Below, one piece after another: positions 37,201 through 51,200 of a stretch of DNA of 64,000 bases. A model generated the notes under the pieces. It was not told the DNA's origin and ran no database searches. It worked only from the letters and a program-made list of their open reading frames with translations. The translations under genes and the position numbers were made by a program. How positions within the stretch are numbered: position 1 is the stretch's first letter; every line of letters begins with the position of its first letter. Source of the DNA: Auanema rhodensis (taxonomy: Eukaryota > Animalia > Nematoda); NCBI GenBank assembly GCA_964057225.1, contig CAXKVF010000077.1:62001-126000 (forward strand). Direction: 5' to 3'.

Positions 37201-40200
37201 GTGTACATTTAAATAGCATAAATTAAAGTTCACGTAAATTTCAAAGTCATGGTTACCATGCACCAATATCAATAAAAATTTGTTTTTAGACTAATATGGA
37301 CATGGGGAATCTAATTTTGAAAACCGCATCTCTTTATCTTTCACGTGAAGCGAGTTACATACCAAGTGCACATCACGTGTACATTTAATTAGCATAAATT
37401 AAAGTTCACGTAAATTTCAAAGTCATGGTTACCATGCACCAATATCAATAAAAATTTGTTTTTAGACTAATATGGACATGGGGAATCCAATTTTGAAAAC
37501 CGCATCTCTATATCTTTCACGTGAAGCGAGTTACATACCAAGTGCACATCACGTGTACATTTAATTAGCATAAATTAAAGTTCACGTAAAATTCAAAGTC
37601 ATGGTTACCATGCACCAATATCAATAAAAATTTGTTTTTAGACTAATATGGACATGGGGAATCTAATTTTGAAAACCGCATCTCTTTATCTTTCACGTGA
37701 AGCGAGTTACATACCAAGTGCACATCACGTGTACATTTAATTAGCATAAATTAAAGTTCACGTAAATTTCAAAGTCATGGTTACCATGAACCAATATCAA
37801 TAAAAATTTGTTTTTAGACTAATATGGACATGGGGAATCTAATTTTGGAAACCGCATCTCTTTATCTTTCACGTGAAGCGAGTTACATACCAAGTGCACA
37901 TCACGTGTACATTTAATTAGCATAAATTAAAGTTCACGTAAATTTCAAAGTCATGGTTACCATGAACCAATATCAATAAAAATTTGTTTTTAGACTAATA
38001 TGGACATGGGGAATCTAATTTTGAAAACCGCATCTCTTTATCTTTCACGTGAAGCGAGTTACATACCAAGTGCACATCACGTGTACATTTAATTAGCATA
38101 AATTAAAGTTCACGTAAATTTCAAAGTCATGGTTACCATGAACCAATATCAATAAAAATTTGTTTTTAGACTAATATGGACATGGGGAATCTAATTTTGA
38201 AAACCGCATCTCTTTATCTTTCACGTGAAGCGAGTTACATACCAAGTGCACATCACGTGTATATTTAATTAGCATAAATTAAAGTTCACGTAAATTTCAA
38301 AGTCATGGTTACCATGCACCAATATCAATAAAAATTTGTTTTTAGACTAATATGGACATGGGGAATCTAATTTTGAAAACCGCATCTCTATATCTTTCAC
38401 GTGAAGCGAGTTACATACCAAGTGCACATCACGTGTACATTTAATTAGCATAAATTAAAGTTCACGTAAAATTCAAAGTCATGGTTACCATGCACCAATA
38501 TCAATAAAAATTTGTTTTTAGACTAATATGGACATGGGGAATCTAATTTTGAAAACCGCATCTCTTTATCTTTCACGTGAAGCGAGTTACATACCAAGTG
38601 CACATCACGTGTACATTTAATTAGCATAAGTTAAAGTTCACGTAAATTTCAAAGTCATGGTTACCATGAACCAATATCAATAAAAATTTGTTTTTAGACT
38701 AATATGGACATGGGGAATCTAATTTTGGAAACCGCATCTCTTTATCTTTCACGTGAAGCGAGTTACATACCAAGTGCACATCACGTGTACATTTAATTAG
38801 CATAAATTAAAGTTCACGTAAATTTCAAAGTCATGGTTACCATGAACCAATATCAATAAAAATTTGTTTTTAGACTAATATGGACATGGGGAATCTAATT
38901 TTGAAAACCGCATCTCTTTATCTTTCACGTGAAGCGAGTTACATACCAAGTGCACATCACGTGTACATTTAATTAGCATAAATTAAAGTTCACGTAAATT
39001 TCAAAGTCATGGTTACCATGAACCAATATCAATAAAAATTTGTTTTTAGACTAATATGGACATGGGGAATCTAATTTTGAAAACCGCATCTCTTTATCTT
39101 TCACGTGAAGCGAGTTACATACCAAGTGCACATCACGTGTATATTTAATTAGCATAAATTAAAGTTCACGTAAATTTCAAAGTCATGGTTACCATGCACC
39201 AATATCAATAAAAATTTGTTTTTAAACTAATATGGACATGGGGAATCTAATTTTGAAAACCGCATCTCTTTATCTTTCACATGAAGCGAGTTACATACCA
39301 AGTGCACATCACGTGTACATTTAATTAGCATAAATTAAAGTTCACGTAAATTTCAAAGTCATGGTTACCATGCACCAATATCAATAAAAATTTGTTTTTA
39401 AACTAATATGGACATGGGGAATCTAATTTTGAAAACCGCATCTCTTTATCTTTCACGTGAAGCGAGTTACATACCAAGTGCACATCACGTGTACATTTAA
39501 TTAGCATAAATTAAAGTTCACGTAAATTTCAAAGTCATGGTTACCATGCACCAATATCAATAAAAATTTGTTTTTAGACTAATATGGACATGGGGAATCT
39601 AATTTTGAAAACCGCATCTCTTTATCTTTCACGTGAAGCGAGTTACATACCAAGTGCACATCACGTGTACATTTAATTAGCATAAATTAAAGTTCACGTA
39701 CATTTCAAAGTCATGGTTACCATGAACCAATATCAATAAAAATTTGTTTTTAGACTAATATGGACATGGGGAATCTAATTTTGAAAACCGCATCTCTTTA
39801 TCTTTCACGTGAAGCGAGTTACATACCAAGTGCACATCACGTGTACATTTAATTAGCATAAATTAAAGTTCACGTAAATTTCAAAGTCATGGTTACCATG
39901 CACCAATATCAATAAAAATTTGTTTTTAAACTAATATGGACATGGGGAATCTAATTTTGAAAACCGCATCTCTTTATCTTTCACGTGAAGCGAGTTACAT
40001 ACCAAGTGCACATCACGTGTACATTTAATTAGCATAAATTAAAGTTCACGTAAATTTCAAAGTCATGGTTACCATGCACCAATATCAATAAAAATTTGTT
40101 TTTAGACTAATATGGACATGGGGAATCTAATTTTGAAAACCGCATCTCTTTATCTTTCACGTGACGCGAGTTACATACCAAATGCACATCACGTGTACAT

Positions 40201-43200
40201 TTAATTAGCATAAATTAAAGTTCACGTAAATTTCAAAGTCATGGTTACCATGCACCAATATCAATAAAAATTTGTTTTTAAACTAATATGGACATGGGGA
40301 ATCTAATTTTGAAAACCGCATCTCTTTATCTTTCACGTGAAGCGAGTTACATACCAAGTGCACATCACGTGTACATTTAATTAGCATAAATTAAAGTTCA
40401 CGTAAATTTCAAAGTCATGGTTACCATGCACCAATATCAATAAAAATTTGTTTTTAGACTAATATGGACATGGGGAATCTAATTTTGAAAACCGCATCTC
40501 TTTATCTTTCACGTGAAGCGAGTTACATACCAAGTGCACATCACGTGTACATTTAATTAGCATAAATTAAAGTTCACGTAAATTTCAAAGTCATGGTTAC
40601 CATGCACCAATATCAATAAAAATTTGTTTTTAGACTAATATGGACATGGGGAATCTAATTTTGAAAACCGCATCTCTTTATCTTTCACGTGAAGCGAGTT
40701 ACATACCAAGTGCACATCACGTGTACATTTAATTAGCATAAATTAAAGTTCACGTAAATTTCAAAGTCATGGTTACCATGAACCAATATCAATAAAAATT
40801 TGTTTTTAGACTAATATGGACATGGGGAATCTAATTTTGAAAACCGCATCTCTTTATCTTTCACGTGAAGCGAGTTACATACCAAGTGCACATCACGTGT
40901 ACATTTAATTAGCATAAATTAAAGTTCACGTAAATTTCAAAGTCATGGTTACCATGCACCAATATCAATAAAAATTTGTTTTTAAACTAATATGGACATG
41001 GGGAATCTATTTTTGAAAACCGCATCTCTTTATCTTTCACGTGAAGCGAGTTACATACCAAGTGCACATCACGTGTACATTTAATTAGCATAAATTAAAG
41101 TTCACGTAAATTTCAAAGTCATGGTTACCATGCACCAATATCAATAAAAATTTGTTTTTAGACTAATATGGACATGGGGAATCTAATTTTGAAAACCGCA
41201 TCTCTTTATCTTTCACGTGAAGCGAGTTACATACCAAGTGCACATCACGTGTACATTTAATTAGCATAAATTAAAGTTCACGTACATTTCAAAGTCATGG
41301 TTACCATGAACCAATATCAATAAAAATTTGTTTTTAGACTAATATGGACATGGGGAATCTAATTTTGAAAACCGCATCTCTTTATCTTTCACGTGAAGCG
41401 AGTTACATACCAAGTGCACATCACGTGTACATTTAATTAGCATAAATTAAAGTTCACGTAAATTTCAAAGTCATGGTTACCATGCACCAATATCAATAAA
41501 AATTTGTTTTTAAACTAATATGGACATGGGGAATCTAATTTTGAAAACCGCATCTCTTTATCTTTCACGTGAAGCGAGTTACATACCAAGTGCACATCAC
41601 GTGTACATTTAATTAGCATAAATTAAAGTTCACGTAAATTTCAAAGTCATGGTTACCATGCACCAATATCAATAAAAATTTGTTTTTAGACTAATATGGA
41701 CATGGGGAATCTAATTTTGAAAACCGCATCTCTTTATCTTTCACGTGACGCGAGTTACATACCAAATGCACATCACGTGTACATTTAATTAGCATAAATT
41801 AAAGTTCACGTAAATTTCAAAGTCATGGTTACCATGCACCAATATCAATAAAAATTTGTTTTTAAACTAATATGGACATGGGGAATCTAATTTTGAAAAC
41901 CGCATCTCTTTATCTTTCACGTGAAGCGAGTTACATACCAAGTGCACATCACGTGTACATTTAATTAGCATAAATTAAAGTTCACGTAAATTTCAAAGTC
42001 ATGGTTACCATGCACCAATATCAATAAAAATTTGTTTTTAGACTAATATGGACATGGGGAATCTAATTTTGAAAACCGCATCTCTTTATCTTTCACGTGA
42101 AGCGAGTTACATACCAAGTGCACATCACGTGTACATTTAATTAGCATAAATTAAAGTTCACGTAAATTTCAAAGTCATGGTTACCATGCACCAATATCAA
42201 TAAAAATTTGTTTTTAGACTAATATGGACATGGGGAATCTAATTTTGAAAACCGCATCTCTTTATCTTTCACGTGAAGCGAGTTACATACCAAGTGCACA
42301 TCACGTGTACATTTAATTAGCATAAATTAAAGTTCACGTAAATTTCAAAGTCATGGTTACCATGAACCAATATCAATAAAAATTTGTTTTTAGACTAATA
42401 TGGACATGGGGAATCTAATTTTGAAAACCGCATCTCTTTATCTTTCACGTGAAGCGAGTTACATACCAAGTGCACATCACGTGTACATTTAATTAGCATA
42501 AATTAAAGTTCACGTAAATTTCAAAGTCATGGTTACCATGCACCAATATCAATAAAAATTTGTTTTTAGACTAATATGGACATGGGGAATCTAATTTTGA
42601 AAACCGCATCTCTTTATCTTTCACGTGAAGCGAGTTACATACCAAGTGCACATCACGTGTACATTAAATTAGCATAAATTAAAGTTCACGTAAATTTCAA
42701 AGTCATGGTTACCATGCACCAATATCAATAAAAATTTGTTTTTAGACTAATATGGACATGGGGAATCTAATTTTGAAAACCGCATCTCTTTATCTTTCAC
42801 GTGAAGCGAGTTACATACCAAGTGCACATCACGTGTACATTTAATTAGCATAAATTAAAGTTCACGTAAATTTCAAAGTCATGGTTACCATGAACCAATA
42901 TCAATAAAAATTTGTTTTTAGACTAATATGGACATGGGGAATCTAATTTTGAAAACCGCATCTCTTTATCTTTCACGTGAAGCGAGTTACATACCAAGTG
43001 CACATCACGTGTACATTTAATTAGCATAAATTAAAGTTCACGTAAATTTCAAAGTCATGGTTACCATGCACCAATATCAATAAAAATTTGTTTTTAGACT
43101 AATATGGACATGGGGAATCTAATTTTGAAAACCGCATCTCTTTATCTTTCACGTGAAGCGAGTTACATACCAAGTGCACATCACGTGTACATTTAATCAG

Positions 43201-45912
43201 CATAAATTAAAGTTCACGTAAATTTCAAAGTCATGGTTACCATGCACCAATATCAATAAAAATTTGTTTTTAGACTAATATGGACATGGGGAATCTAATT
43301 TTGAAAACCGCATCTCTATATCTTTCACGTGAAGCGAGTTACATACCAAGTGCACATCACGTGTACATTTAATTAGCATAAATTAAAGTTCACGTAAAAT
43401 TCAAAGTCATGGTTACCATGCACCAATATCAATAAAAATTTGTTTTTAGACTAATATGGACATGGGGAATCTAATTTTGAAAACCGCATCTCTTTATCTT
43501 TCACGTGAAGCGAGTTACATACCAAGTGCACATCACGTGTACATTTAATTAGCATAAATTAAAGTTCACGTAAATTTCAAAGTCATGGTTACCATGAACC
43601 AATATCAATAAAAATTTGTTTTTAGACTAATATGGACATGGGGAATCTAATTTTGGAAACCGCATCTCTTTATCTTTCACGTGAAGCGAGTTACATACCA
43701 AGTGCACATCACGTGTACATTTAATTAGCATAAATTAAAGTTCACGTAAATTTCAAAGTCATGGTTACCATGAACCAATATCAATAAAAATTTGTTTTTA
43801 GACTAATATGGACATGGGGAATCTAATTTTGAAAACCGCATCTCTTTATCTTTCACGTGAAGCGAGTTACATACCAAGTGCACATCACGTGTACATTTAA
43901 TTAGCATAAATTAAAGTTCACGTAAATTTCAAAGTCATGGTTACCATGAACCAATATCAATAAAAATTTGTTTTTAGACTAATATGGACATGGGGAATCT
44001 AATTTTGAAAACCGCATCTCTTTATCTTTCACGTGAAGCGAGTTACATACCAAGTGCACATCACGTGTATATTTAATTAGCATAAATTAAAGTTCACGTA
44101 AATTTCAAAGTCATGGTTACCATGCACCAATATCAATAAAAATTTGTTTTTAAACTAATATGGACATGGGGAATCTAATTTTGAAAACCGCATCTCTTTA
44201 TCTTTCACATGAAGCGAGTTACATACCAAGTGCACATCACGTGTACATTTAATTAGCATAAATTAAAGTTCACGTAAATTTCAAAGTCATGGTTACCATG
44301 CACCAATATCAATAAAAATTTGTTTTTAAACTAATATGGACATGGGGAATCTAATTTTGAAAACCGCATCTCTTTATCTTTCACGTGAAGCGAGTTACAT
44401 ACCAAGTGCACATCACGTGTACATTTAATTAGCATAAATTAAAGTTCACGTAAATTTCAAAGTCATGGTTACCATGCACCAATATCAATAAAAATTTGTT
44501 TTTAGACTAATATGGACATGGGGAATCTAATTTTGAAAACCGCATCTCTTTATCTTTCACGTGAAGCGAGTTACATACCAAGTGCACATCACGTGTACAT
44601 TTAATTAGCATAAATTAAAGTTCACGTAAATTTCAAAGTCATGGTTACCATGAACCAATATCAATAAAAATTTGTTTTTAGACTAATATGGACATGGGGA
44701 ATCTAATTTTGAAAACCGCATCTCTTTATCTTTCACGTGAAGCGAGTTACATACCAAGTGCACATCACGTGTACATTTAATTAGCATAAATTAAAGTTCA
44801 CGTAAATTTCAAAGTCATGGTTACCATGCACCAATATCAATAAAAATTTGTTTTTAAACTAATATGGACATGGGGAATCTAATTTTGAAAACCGCATCTC
44901 TTTATCTTTCACGTGAAGCGAGTTACATACCAAGTGCACATCACGTGTACATTTAATTAGCATAAATTAAAGTTCACGTAAATTTCAAAGTCATGGTTAC
45001 CATGCACCAATATCAATAAAAATTTGTTTTTAGACTAATATGGACATGGGGAATCTAATTTTGAAAACCGCATCTCTTTATCTTTCACGTGAAGCGAGTT
45101 ACATACCAAGTGCACATCACGTGTACATTTAATTAGCATAAATTAAAGTTCACGTAAAATTCAAAGTCATGGTTACCATGCACCAATATCAATAAAAATT
45201 TGTTTTTAGACTAATATGGACATGGGGAATCTAATTTTGAAAACCGCATCTCTTTATCTTTCACGTGAAGCGAGTTACATACCAAGTGCACATCACGTGT
45301 ACATTTAATTAGCATAAATTAAAGTTCACGTAAATTTCAAAGTCATGGTTACCATGCACCAATATCAATAAAAATTTGTTTTTAAACTAATATGGACATG
45401 GGGAATCTAATTTTGAAAACCGCATCTCTTTATCTTTCACGTGAAGCGAGTTACATACCAAGTGCACATCACGTGTACATTTAATTAGCATAAATTAAAG
45501 TTCACGTAAATTTCAAAGTCATGGTTACCATGCACCAATATCAATAAAAATTTGTTTTTAGACTAATATGGACATGGGGAATCTAATTTTGAAAACCGCA
45601 TCTCTTTATCTTTCACGTGAAGCGAGTTACATACCAAGTGCACATCACGTGTACATTTAATTAGCATAAATTAAAGTTCACGTAAATTTCAAAGTCATGG
45701 TTACCATGAACCAATATCAATAAAAATTTGTTTTTAAACTAATATGGACATGGGGAATCTAATTTTGAAAACCGCATCTCTTTATCTTTCACGTGAAGCG
45801 AGTTACATACCAAGTGCACATCACGTGTACATTTAATTAGCATAAATTAAAGTTCACGTAAATTTCAAAGTCATGGTTACCATGAACCAATATCAATAAA
45901 AATTTGTTTTTA

Positions 45913-48200
45913 GACTAATATGGACATGGGGAATCTAATTTTGGAAACCGCATCTCTTTATCTTTCACGTGAAGCGAGTTACATACCAAGTGCACATCAC
46001 GTGTACATTTAATTAGCATAAATTAAAGTTCACGTAAATTTCAAAGTCATGGTTACCATGAAGCAATATCAATAAAAATTTGTTTTTAGACTAATATGGA
46101 CATGGGGAATCTAATTTTGAAAACCGCATCTCTTTATCTTTCACGTGAAGCGAGTTGCATACCAAGTGCACATCACGTGTACATTTAATTAGCATAAATT
46201 AAAGTTCACGTAAATTTCAAAGTCATGGTTACCATGAACCAATATCAATAAAAATTTGTTTTTAGACTAATATGGACATGGGGAATCTAATTTTGGAAAC
46301 CGCATCTCTTTATCTTTCACGTGAAGCGAGTTACATACCAAGTGCACATCACGTGTACATTTAATTAGCATAAATTAAAGTTCACGTAAATTTCAAAGTC
46401 ATGGTTACCATGAAGCAATATCAATAAAAATTTGTTTTTAGACTAATATGGACATGGGGAATCTAATTTTGAAAACCGCATCTCTTTATCTTTCACGTGA
46501 AGCGAGTTACATACCAAGTGCACATCACGTGTACATTTAATTAGCATAAATTAAAGTTCACGTAAATTTCAAAGTCATGGTTACCATGAACCAATATCAA
46601 TAAAAATTTGTTTTTAGACTAATATGGACATGGGGAATCTAATTTTGAAAACCGCATCTCTTTATCTTTCACGTGAAGCGAGTTACATACCAAGTGCACA
46701 TCACGTGTACATTTAATTAGCATAAATTAAAGTTCACGTAAATTTCAAAGTCATGGTTACCATGAACCAACATCAATAAAAATTTGTTTTTAGACTAATA
46801 TGGACATGGGGAATCTAATTTTGAAAACCGCATCTCTTTATCTTTCACGTGAAGCGAGTTACATACCAAGTGCACATCACGTGTACATTTAATTAGCATA
46901 AATTAAAGTTCACGTAAATTTCAAAGTCATGGTTACCATGAACCAATATCAATAAAAATTTGTTTTTAGACTAATATGGACATGGGGAATCTAATTTTGA
47001 AAACCGCATCTCTTTATCTTTCACGTGAAGCGAGTTACATACCAAGTGCACATCACGTGTACATTTAATTAGCATAAATTAAAGTTCACGTAAATTTCAA
47101 AGTCATGGTTACCATGAACCAATATCAATAAAAATTTGTTTTTAGACTAATATGGACATGGGGAATCTAATTTTGGAAACCGCATCTCTTTATCTTTCAC
47201 GTGAAGCGAGTTACATACCAAGTGCACATCACGTGTACATTTAATTAGCATAAATTAAAGTTCACGTAAATTTCAAAGTCATGGTTACCATGAAGCAATA
47301 TCAATAAAAATTTGTTTTTAGACTAATATGGACATGGGGAATCTAATTTTGAAAACCGCATCTCTTTATCTTTCACGTGAAGCGAGTTGCATACCAAGTG
47401 CACATCACGTGTACATTTAATTAGCATAAATTAAAGTTCACGTAAATTTCAAAGTCATGGTTACCATGAACCAATATCAATAAAAATTTGTTTTTAGACT
47501 AATATGGACATGGGGAATCTAATTTTGGAAACCGCATCTCTTTATCTTTCACGTGAAGCGAGTTACATACCAAGTGCACATCACGTGTACATTTAATTAG
47601 CATAAATTAAAGTTCACGTAAATTTCAAAGTCATGGTTACCATGAAGCAATATCAATAAAAATTTGTTTTTAGACTAATATGGACATGGGGAATCTAATT
47701 TTGAAAACCGCATCTCTTTATCTTTCACGTGAAGCGAGTTACATACCAAGTGCACATCACGTGTACATTTAATTAGCATAAATTAAAGTTCACGTAAATT
47801 TCAAAGTCATGGTTACCATGAACCAATATCAATAAAAATTTGTTTTTAGACTAATATGGACATGGGGAATCTAATTTTGAAAACCGCATCTCTTTATCTT
47901 TCACGTGAAGCGAGTTACATACCAAGTGCACATCACGTGTACATTTAATTAGCATAAATTAAAGTTCACGTAAATTTCAAAGTCATGGTTACCATGAACC
48001 AACATCAATAAAAATTTGTTTTTAGACTAATATGGACATGGGGAATCTAATTTTGAAAACCGCATCTCTTTATCTTTCACGTGAAGCGAGTTACATACCA
48101 AGTGCACATCACGTGTACATTTAATTAGCATAAATTAAAGTTCACGTAAATTTCAAAGTCATGGTTACCATGAACCAATATCAATAAAAATTTGTTTTTA
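45913..48200. repeat. Tandem duplication of a 7-monomer block (1232 bp period)
   Basis: Private variants A69G at 46157/47389 and T155C at 46771/48003 are each 1232 bp apart, with matching A32G+AAG monomers. Confidence 0.85.
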
Positions 48201-51200
48201 GACTAATATGGACATGGGGAATCTAATTTTGAAAACCGCATCTCTTTATCTTTCACGTGAAGCGAGTTACATACCAAGTGCACATCACGTGTACATTTAA
48301 TTAGCATAAATTAAAGTTCACGTAAATTTCAAAGTCATGGTTACCATGCACCAATATCAATAAAAATTTGTTTTTAAACTAATATGGACATGGGGAATCT
48401 AATTTTGAAAACCGCATCTCTTTATCTTTCACGTGAAGCGAGTTACATACCAAGTGCACATCACGTGTACATTTAATTAGCATAAATTAAAGTTCACGTA
48501 AATTTCAAAGTCATGGTTACCATGCACCAATATCAATAAAAATTTGTTTTTAGACTAATATGGACATGGGGAATCTAATTTTGAAAACCGCATCTCTTTA
48601 TCTTTCACGTGAAGCGAGTTACATACCAAGTGCACATCACGTGTACATTTAATTAGCATAAATTAAAGTTCACGTAAAATTCAAAGTCATGGTTACCATG
48701 CACCAATATCAATAAAAATTTGTTTTTAGACTAATATGGACATGGGGAATCTAATTTTGAAAACCGCATCTCTTTATCTTTCACGTGAAGCGAGTTACAT
48801 ACCAAGTGCACATCACGTGTACATTTAATTAGCATAAATTAAAGTTCACGTAAATTTCAAAGTCATGGTTACCATGAACCAATATCAATAAAAATTTGTT
48901 TTTAGACTAATATGGACATGGGGAATCTAATTTTGGAAACCGCATCTCTTTATCTTTCACGTGAAGCGAGTTACATACCAAGTGCACATCACGTGTACAT
49001 TTAATTAGCATAAATTAAAGTTCACGTAAATTTCAAAGTCATGGTTACCATGAAGCAATATCAATAAAAATTTGTTTTTAGACTAATATGGACATGGGGA
49101 ATCTAATTTTGAAAACCGCATCTCTTTATCTTTCACGTGAAGCGAGTTACATACCAAGTGCACATCACGTGTACATTTAATTAGCATAAATTAAAGTTCA
49201 CGTAAATTTCAAAGTCATGGTTACCATGAACCAATATCAATAAAAATTTGTTTTTAGACTAATATGGACATGGGGAATCTAATTTTGAAAACCGCATCTC
49301 TTTATCTTTCACGTGAAGCGAGTTACATACCAAGTGCACATCACGTGTACATTTAATTAGCATAAATTAAAGTTCACGTAAATTTCAAAGTCATGGTTAC
49401 CATGCACCAATATCAATAAAAATTTGTTTTTAAACTAATATGGACATGGGGAATCTAATTTTGAAAACCGCATCTCTTTATCTTTCACGTGAAGCGAGTT
49501 ACATACCAAGTGCACATCACGTGTACATTTAATTAGCATAAATTAAAGTTCACGTAAATTTCAAAGTCATGGTTACCATGCACCAATATCAATAAAAATT
49601 TGTTTTTAGACTAATATGGACATGGGGAATCTAATTTTGAAAACCGCATCTCTTTATCTTTCACGTGAAGCGAGTTACATACCAAGTGCACATCACGTGT
49701 ACATTTAATTAGCATGAATTAAAGTTCACGTAAAATTCAAAGTCATGGTTACCATGCACCAATATCAATAAAAATTTGTTTTTAGACTAATATGGACATG
49801 GGGAATCTAATTTTGAAAACCGCATCTCTTTATCTTTCACGTGAAGCGAGTTACATACCAAGTGCACATCACGTGTACATTTAATTAGCATAAATTAAAG
49901 TTCACGTAAATTTCAAAGTCATGGTTACCATGAACCAATATCAATAAAAATTTGTTTTTAGACTAATATGGACATGGGGAATCTAATTTTGAAAACCGCA
50001 TCTCTTTATCTTTCACGTGAAGCGAGTTACATACCAAGTGCACATCACGTGTACATTTAATTAGCATAAATTAAAGTTCACGTAAATTTCAAAGTCATGG
50101 TTACCATACACCAATATCAATAAAAATTTGTTTTTAAACTAATATGGACATGGGGAATCTAATTTTGAAAACCGCATCTCTTTATCTTTCACGTGAAGCG
50201 AGTTACATACCAAGTGCACATCACGTGTACATTTAATTAGCATAAATTAAAGTTCACGTAAATTTCAAAGTCATGGTTACCATGCACCAATATCAATAAA
50301 AATTTGTTTTTAGACTAATATGGACATGGGGAATCTAATTTTGAAAACCGCATCTCTTTATCTTTCACGTGAAGCGAGTTACATACCAAGTGCACATCAC
50401 GTGTACATTTAATTAGCATAAATTAAAGTTCACGTAAATTTCAAAGTCATGGTTACCATGAACCAATATCAATAAAAATTTGTTTTTAGACTAATATGGA
50501 CATGGGGAATCTAATTTTGAAAACCGCATCTCTTTATCTTTCACGTGAAGCGAGTTACATACCAAGTGCACATCACGTGTACATTTAATTAGCATAAATT
50601 AAAGTTCACGTAAATTTCAAAGTCATGGTTACCATGAACCAATATCAATAAAAATTTGTTTTTAGACTAATATGGACATGGGGAATCTAATTTTGAAAAC
50701 CGCATCTCTTTATCTTTCACGTGAAGCGAGTTACATACCAAGTGCACATCACGTGTACATTTAATTAGCATAAATTAAAGTTCACGTAAATTTCAAAGTC
50801 ATGGTTACCATGAACCAATATCAATAAAAATTTGTTTTTAAACTAATATGGACATGGGGAATCTAATTTTGAAAACCGCATCTCTTTATCTTTCACGTGA
50901 AGCGAGTTACATACCAAGTGCACATCACGTGTACATTTAATTAGCATAAATTAAAGTTCACGTAAATTTCAAAGTCATGGTTACCATTAAGCAATATCAA
51001 TAAAAATTTGTTTTTAGACTAATATGGACATGGGGAATCTAATTTTGAAAACCGCATCTCTTTATCTTTCACGTGAAGCGAGTTACATACCAAGTGCACA
51101 TCACGTGTACATTTAATTAGCATAAATTAAAGTTCACGTAAATTTCAAAGTCATGGTTACCATGAACCAATATCAATAAAAATTTGTTTTTAGACTAATA

